The translations under genes were made by a program, and so were the position numbers. Under the pieces are notes generated by a model that saw only the letters and a program-made list of their open reading frames with translations, was not told the DNA's origin and searched no databases. A stretch of 17,913 nt of DNA from a virus (lineage: Duplodnaviria; Heunggongvirae; Uroviricota; Caudoviricetes), in IMG/VR virus record IMGVR_UViG_2778261300_000005, positions 1 through 17,913 of that record. One strand, 5' to 3'. Positions within the stretch are counted from its first letter, which is position 1; each line of letters opens with the position of its first letter. This document shows, piece by piece, positions 16,097-17,913 of the stretch.

Positions 16097-17019
16097 TGCC
16101 GGTAATTAACACGCATCAGAATATCGCCGCCTTTCTCGACATGCTGGCAGTGTCCGAAGGGACGGCGAATCATCCGCTGACGAAAAACCGTGGCTATGAC
16201 GTGATAGTCACCGGACTGGACGGGAAGCCGGAAATCTTCACCGACTACAGTGACCACCCGTTCGCGCATGGCCGACCGGCGAAGGTGTTTAACCGTCGCG
16301 GTGAAAAATCCACGGCCTCCGGTCGCTATCAGCAGCTTTACCTGTTCTGGCCGCATTACCGCAAACAGCTTGCCCTGCCGGATTTCAGTCCGTTGTCACA
16401 GGACAGGCTCGCCATTCAGTTGATCCGCGAACGCGGTGCACTGGATGACATCCGGGCGGGACGCATTGAGCGCGCCATTTCACGCTGTCGCAATATCTGG
16501 GCGTCCCTGCCGGGTGCCGGTTACGGTCAGCGTGAGCATTCACTGGAAAAACTGGTCACCGTCTGGCGTACCGGCTTAAACGGAGTAAACACCATGAAGA
16601 AATTATCCCTTTCACTGATGCTGAACGTGTCGCTGGCGCTGATGCTGGCACTGTCCCTGATTTACCCGCAGAGCGTGGCCGTCAGTTTTGTCGCTGCCTG
16701 GGCGATTCTGGCGACGGTTATCTGTGTGGTTGCCGGTGGTGTCGGCGTGTATGCCACTGAGTATGTGCTGGAACGCTACGGGCGGGAGCTGCCGCCGGAA
16801 TCGCTGGCCGTGAAGATTGTCACGGCGCTGTTTTTGCAGCCGGTGCCGTGGCGCAGACGGGCGGCGGCTCTGGTGGTGATGGTGGCGACGTTTATCGCGC
16901 TGGTCGCCGCCGGGTGGATTTTTACCGCGCTGATTTATCTCGTGGCGTCGGTGTTCTTCCGGCTGATACGTAAAGCCTGTCGTCAGCGTCTTGAGGGGCG
17001 GGAATTATGTCAAAGCTGA
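16096..17019 (+). CDS. K: Endolysin (P2 gpK-like) whose reading frame continues without a stop into the LysA-like membrane protein (307-aa continuous ORF)
   Basis: N-terminal 165-166 residues (MPVINTHQNIAAFLDMLAVSEGT...) are the P2 K-type endolysin. The frame stays open through ATG 16594 into a hydrophobic 141-aa LysA-like region and ends at TGA 17017-17019. Confidence 0.75.
   Translation: MPVINTHQNIAAFLDMLAVSEGTANHPLTKNRGYDVIVTGLDGKPEIFTDYSDHPFAHGRPAKVFNRRGEKSTASGRYQQLYLFWPHYRKQLALPDFSPLSQDRLAIQLIRERGALDDIRAGRIERAISRCRNIWASLPGAGYGQREHSLEKLVTVWRTGLNGVNTMKKLSLSLMLNVSLALMLALSLIYPQSVAVSFVAAWAILATVICVVAGGVGVYATEYVLERYGRELPPESLAVKIVTALFLQPVPWRRRAAALVVMVATFIALVAAGWIFTALIYLVASVFFRLIRKACRQRLEGRELCQS
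16594..17019 (+). CDS. lysA: LysA-like membrane protein (antiholin/lysis-timing), possibly expressed from the internal ATG
   Basis: Internal ATG at 16594 gives 141 aa (MKKLSLSLMLNVSLALMLAL...) with multiple predicted transmembrane segments; same length as P2 LysA as I recall. Confidence 0.6.
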   Translation: MKKLSLSLMLNVSLALMLALSLIYPQSVAVSFVAAWAILATVICVVAGGVGVYATEYVLERYGRELPPESLAVKIVTALFLQPVPWRRRAAALVVMVATFIALVAAGWIFTALIYLVASVFFRLIRKACRQRLEGRELCQS

Positions 17020-17432
17020 TGATTGTGCTGGTCGTGTTGTTATCGCTGGCGGTGGCGGGGCTGTTTCTGGCAAAGCATGAAAACGCCAGCCTGCGCGCCT
17101 CGCTGGACAGGGCGAACAACGTCGCCAGTGAACAGCAGACGACCATCACCATGCTGAAAAACCAGCTTCATGTTGCCCTTACCAGGGCAGACAAAAACGA
17201 GATGGCGCAGGTGGCACTGCGTCAGGAACTGGAGAACGCCGCGAAGCGTGAAGCACAGCGCGAGAAAACCATCACGAGGTTACTTAATGAGAACGAAGAT
17301 TTTCGCCGCTGGTACGGTGCTGACCTGCCTGATGCTGTGCGCCGGTTGCACCAGCGCCCCGCCTGCACCGACGCCAGTGATTGTCCCCAACGCATGCCCG
17401 AAAGTGAGCCTTTGCCCGATGCCGGGCAGTGA
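17007..17432 (+). CDS. lysB: LysB, Rz-like inner-membrane spanin
   Basis: 141 aa; N-terminal transmembrane segment (LMIVLVVLLSLAVAGLFLA) followed by charged coiled-coil-like periplasmic region; start overlaps the lysA stop. Confidence 0.75.
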   Translation: MSKLMIVLVVLLSLAVAGLFLAKHENASLRASLDRANNVASEQQTTITMLKNQLHVALTRADKNEMAQVALRQELENAAKREAQREKTITRLLNENEDFRRWYGADLPDAVRRLHQRPACTDASDCPQRMPESEPLPDAGQ

Positions 17433-17613
17433 CCCGCAGACGAACGGCGATTTAAGTGCCGATAAAGTGTCAGGCTTTAAGCGCGTCATAGACGAGCAGG
17501 ACTGGACAATCACTAAGGTGACACATTTTCTTAATAATAGCGGCTTCACGACGTCCTTAGATCTTGAGGTCAGGCTTTCTGATGTGGAGTACGAAACAGA
17601 AGATGATGAGTGA
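17287..17613 (+). CDS. lysC: LysC, Rz1-like outer-membrane lipoprotein spanin, embedded in the +1 frame of lysB and extending past it
   Basis: ATG at 17287 inside lysB; signal peptide with lipobox (LMLCAGC); proline-rich mature region (APPAPTPVIVP). The ORF-track start at 17170 is an extension. Confidence 0.65.
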   Translation: MRTKIFAAGTVLTCLMLCAGCTSAPPAPTPVIVPNACPKVSLCPMPGSDPQTNGDLSADKVSGFKRVIDEQDWTITKVTHFLNNSGFTTSLDLEVRLSDVEYETEDDE

Positions 17614-17694
17614 TGTTTTTATTTTATCTGTTTGTTTTATAAGGATAAATTAACTAAAATAACACCATCAACAAAACCGGAAGAGGTGCTCGCG

Positions 17695-17913
17695 ATGTTT
17701 CATTGTCCTTTATGCCAGCATGCCGCACATGCGCGTACAAGCCGCTATATCACTGACACGACAAAAGAGCGTTATCACCAGTGCCAGAACGTGAATTGCA
17801 GCGCCACGTTCATCACCTATGAGTCGGTACAGAGATACATCGTGAAGCCGGGAGAAGTCCACGCCGTAAGGCCGCACCCGTTGCCGTCAGGGCAGCAAAT
17901 TATGTGGATGTAA
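17695..17913 (+). CDS. ogr: Late gene transcriptional activator Ogr (C4 zinc finger)
   Basis: ATG at 17695 gives 72 aa (MFHCPLCQHAAHARTSRYITDTTKERYHQCQNVNCSATFITYESVQRYIVKPGEVHAVRPHPLPSGQQIMWM), which matches P2 Ogr as I recall it; CxxC...CxxxxC zinc finger. Confidence 0.9.
   Translation: MFHCPLCQHAAHARTSRYITDTTKERYHQCQNVNCSATFITYESVQRYIVKPGEVHAVRPHPLPSGQQIMWM

Larger units (their letters stand above)
1..17913. mobile_element. P2-family prophage, tail module absent; window spans int through ogr
   Basis: Collinear set of P2-like genes (int, C, cox, A, cos, Q, P, O, N, M, L, X, Y, K, lysA, lysB, lysC, ogr) recognised from translated ORFs and remembered P2 gene order. The integrase stop sits at bases 1-3 and the ogr stop at 17911-17913, so the attachment sites are outside the window. 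Confidence 0.85.

Noticed and set aside
1-17913. CRISPR arrays, tRNA or rRNA genes, IS elements
   Set aside because: No regularly spaced direct repeats, no cloverleaf-like or rRNA-like sequence, and no transposase-like ORF were seen on reading the window.

Overview
The window is a P2-family (Peduovirus-like) prophage of an enterobacterial host, running from the integrase (stop codon at base 1) to ogr (stop codon at base 17913). Gene order matches P2: int, C-type repressor, divergent cox and small early ORFs, a TraR/DksA-like zinc-finger gene, replication initiator A, then the cos site, the leftward portal/terminase pair Q-P, the rightward head operon O-N-M-L-X, the lysis cassette Y-K-lysA-lysB-lysC, and ogr. 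Two things depart from canonical P2. (1) Between A and cos, where P2 carries orf91/tin/old, there is a strongly AT-rich two-gene insert: a roughly 500-aa protein with an N-terminal ParB/Srx-like domain, followed by a D12-class (Dam-like) N6-adenine methyltransferase, with palindromic candidate operator sites upstream and between them. I consider this the best candidate for an undescribed defence or restriction-modification-like module. (2) The whole tail morphogenesis block (R through D in P2) is absent, so lysC is followed within about 80 bp by ogr. In addition, the endolysin K frame runs without a stop into the lysA frame. All calls rest on reading the translated ORFs, recognisable motifs and remembered P2 gene order and protein lengths; no database search was run. 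I saw no tRNA, rRNA or CRISPR array.
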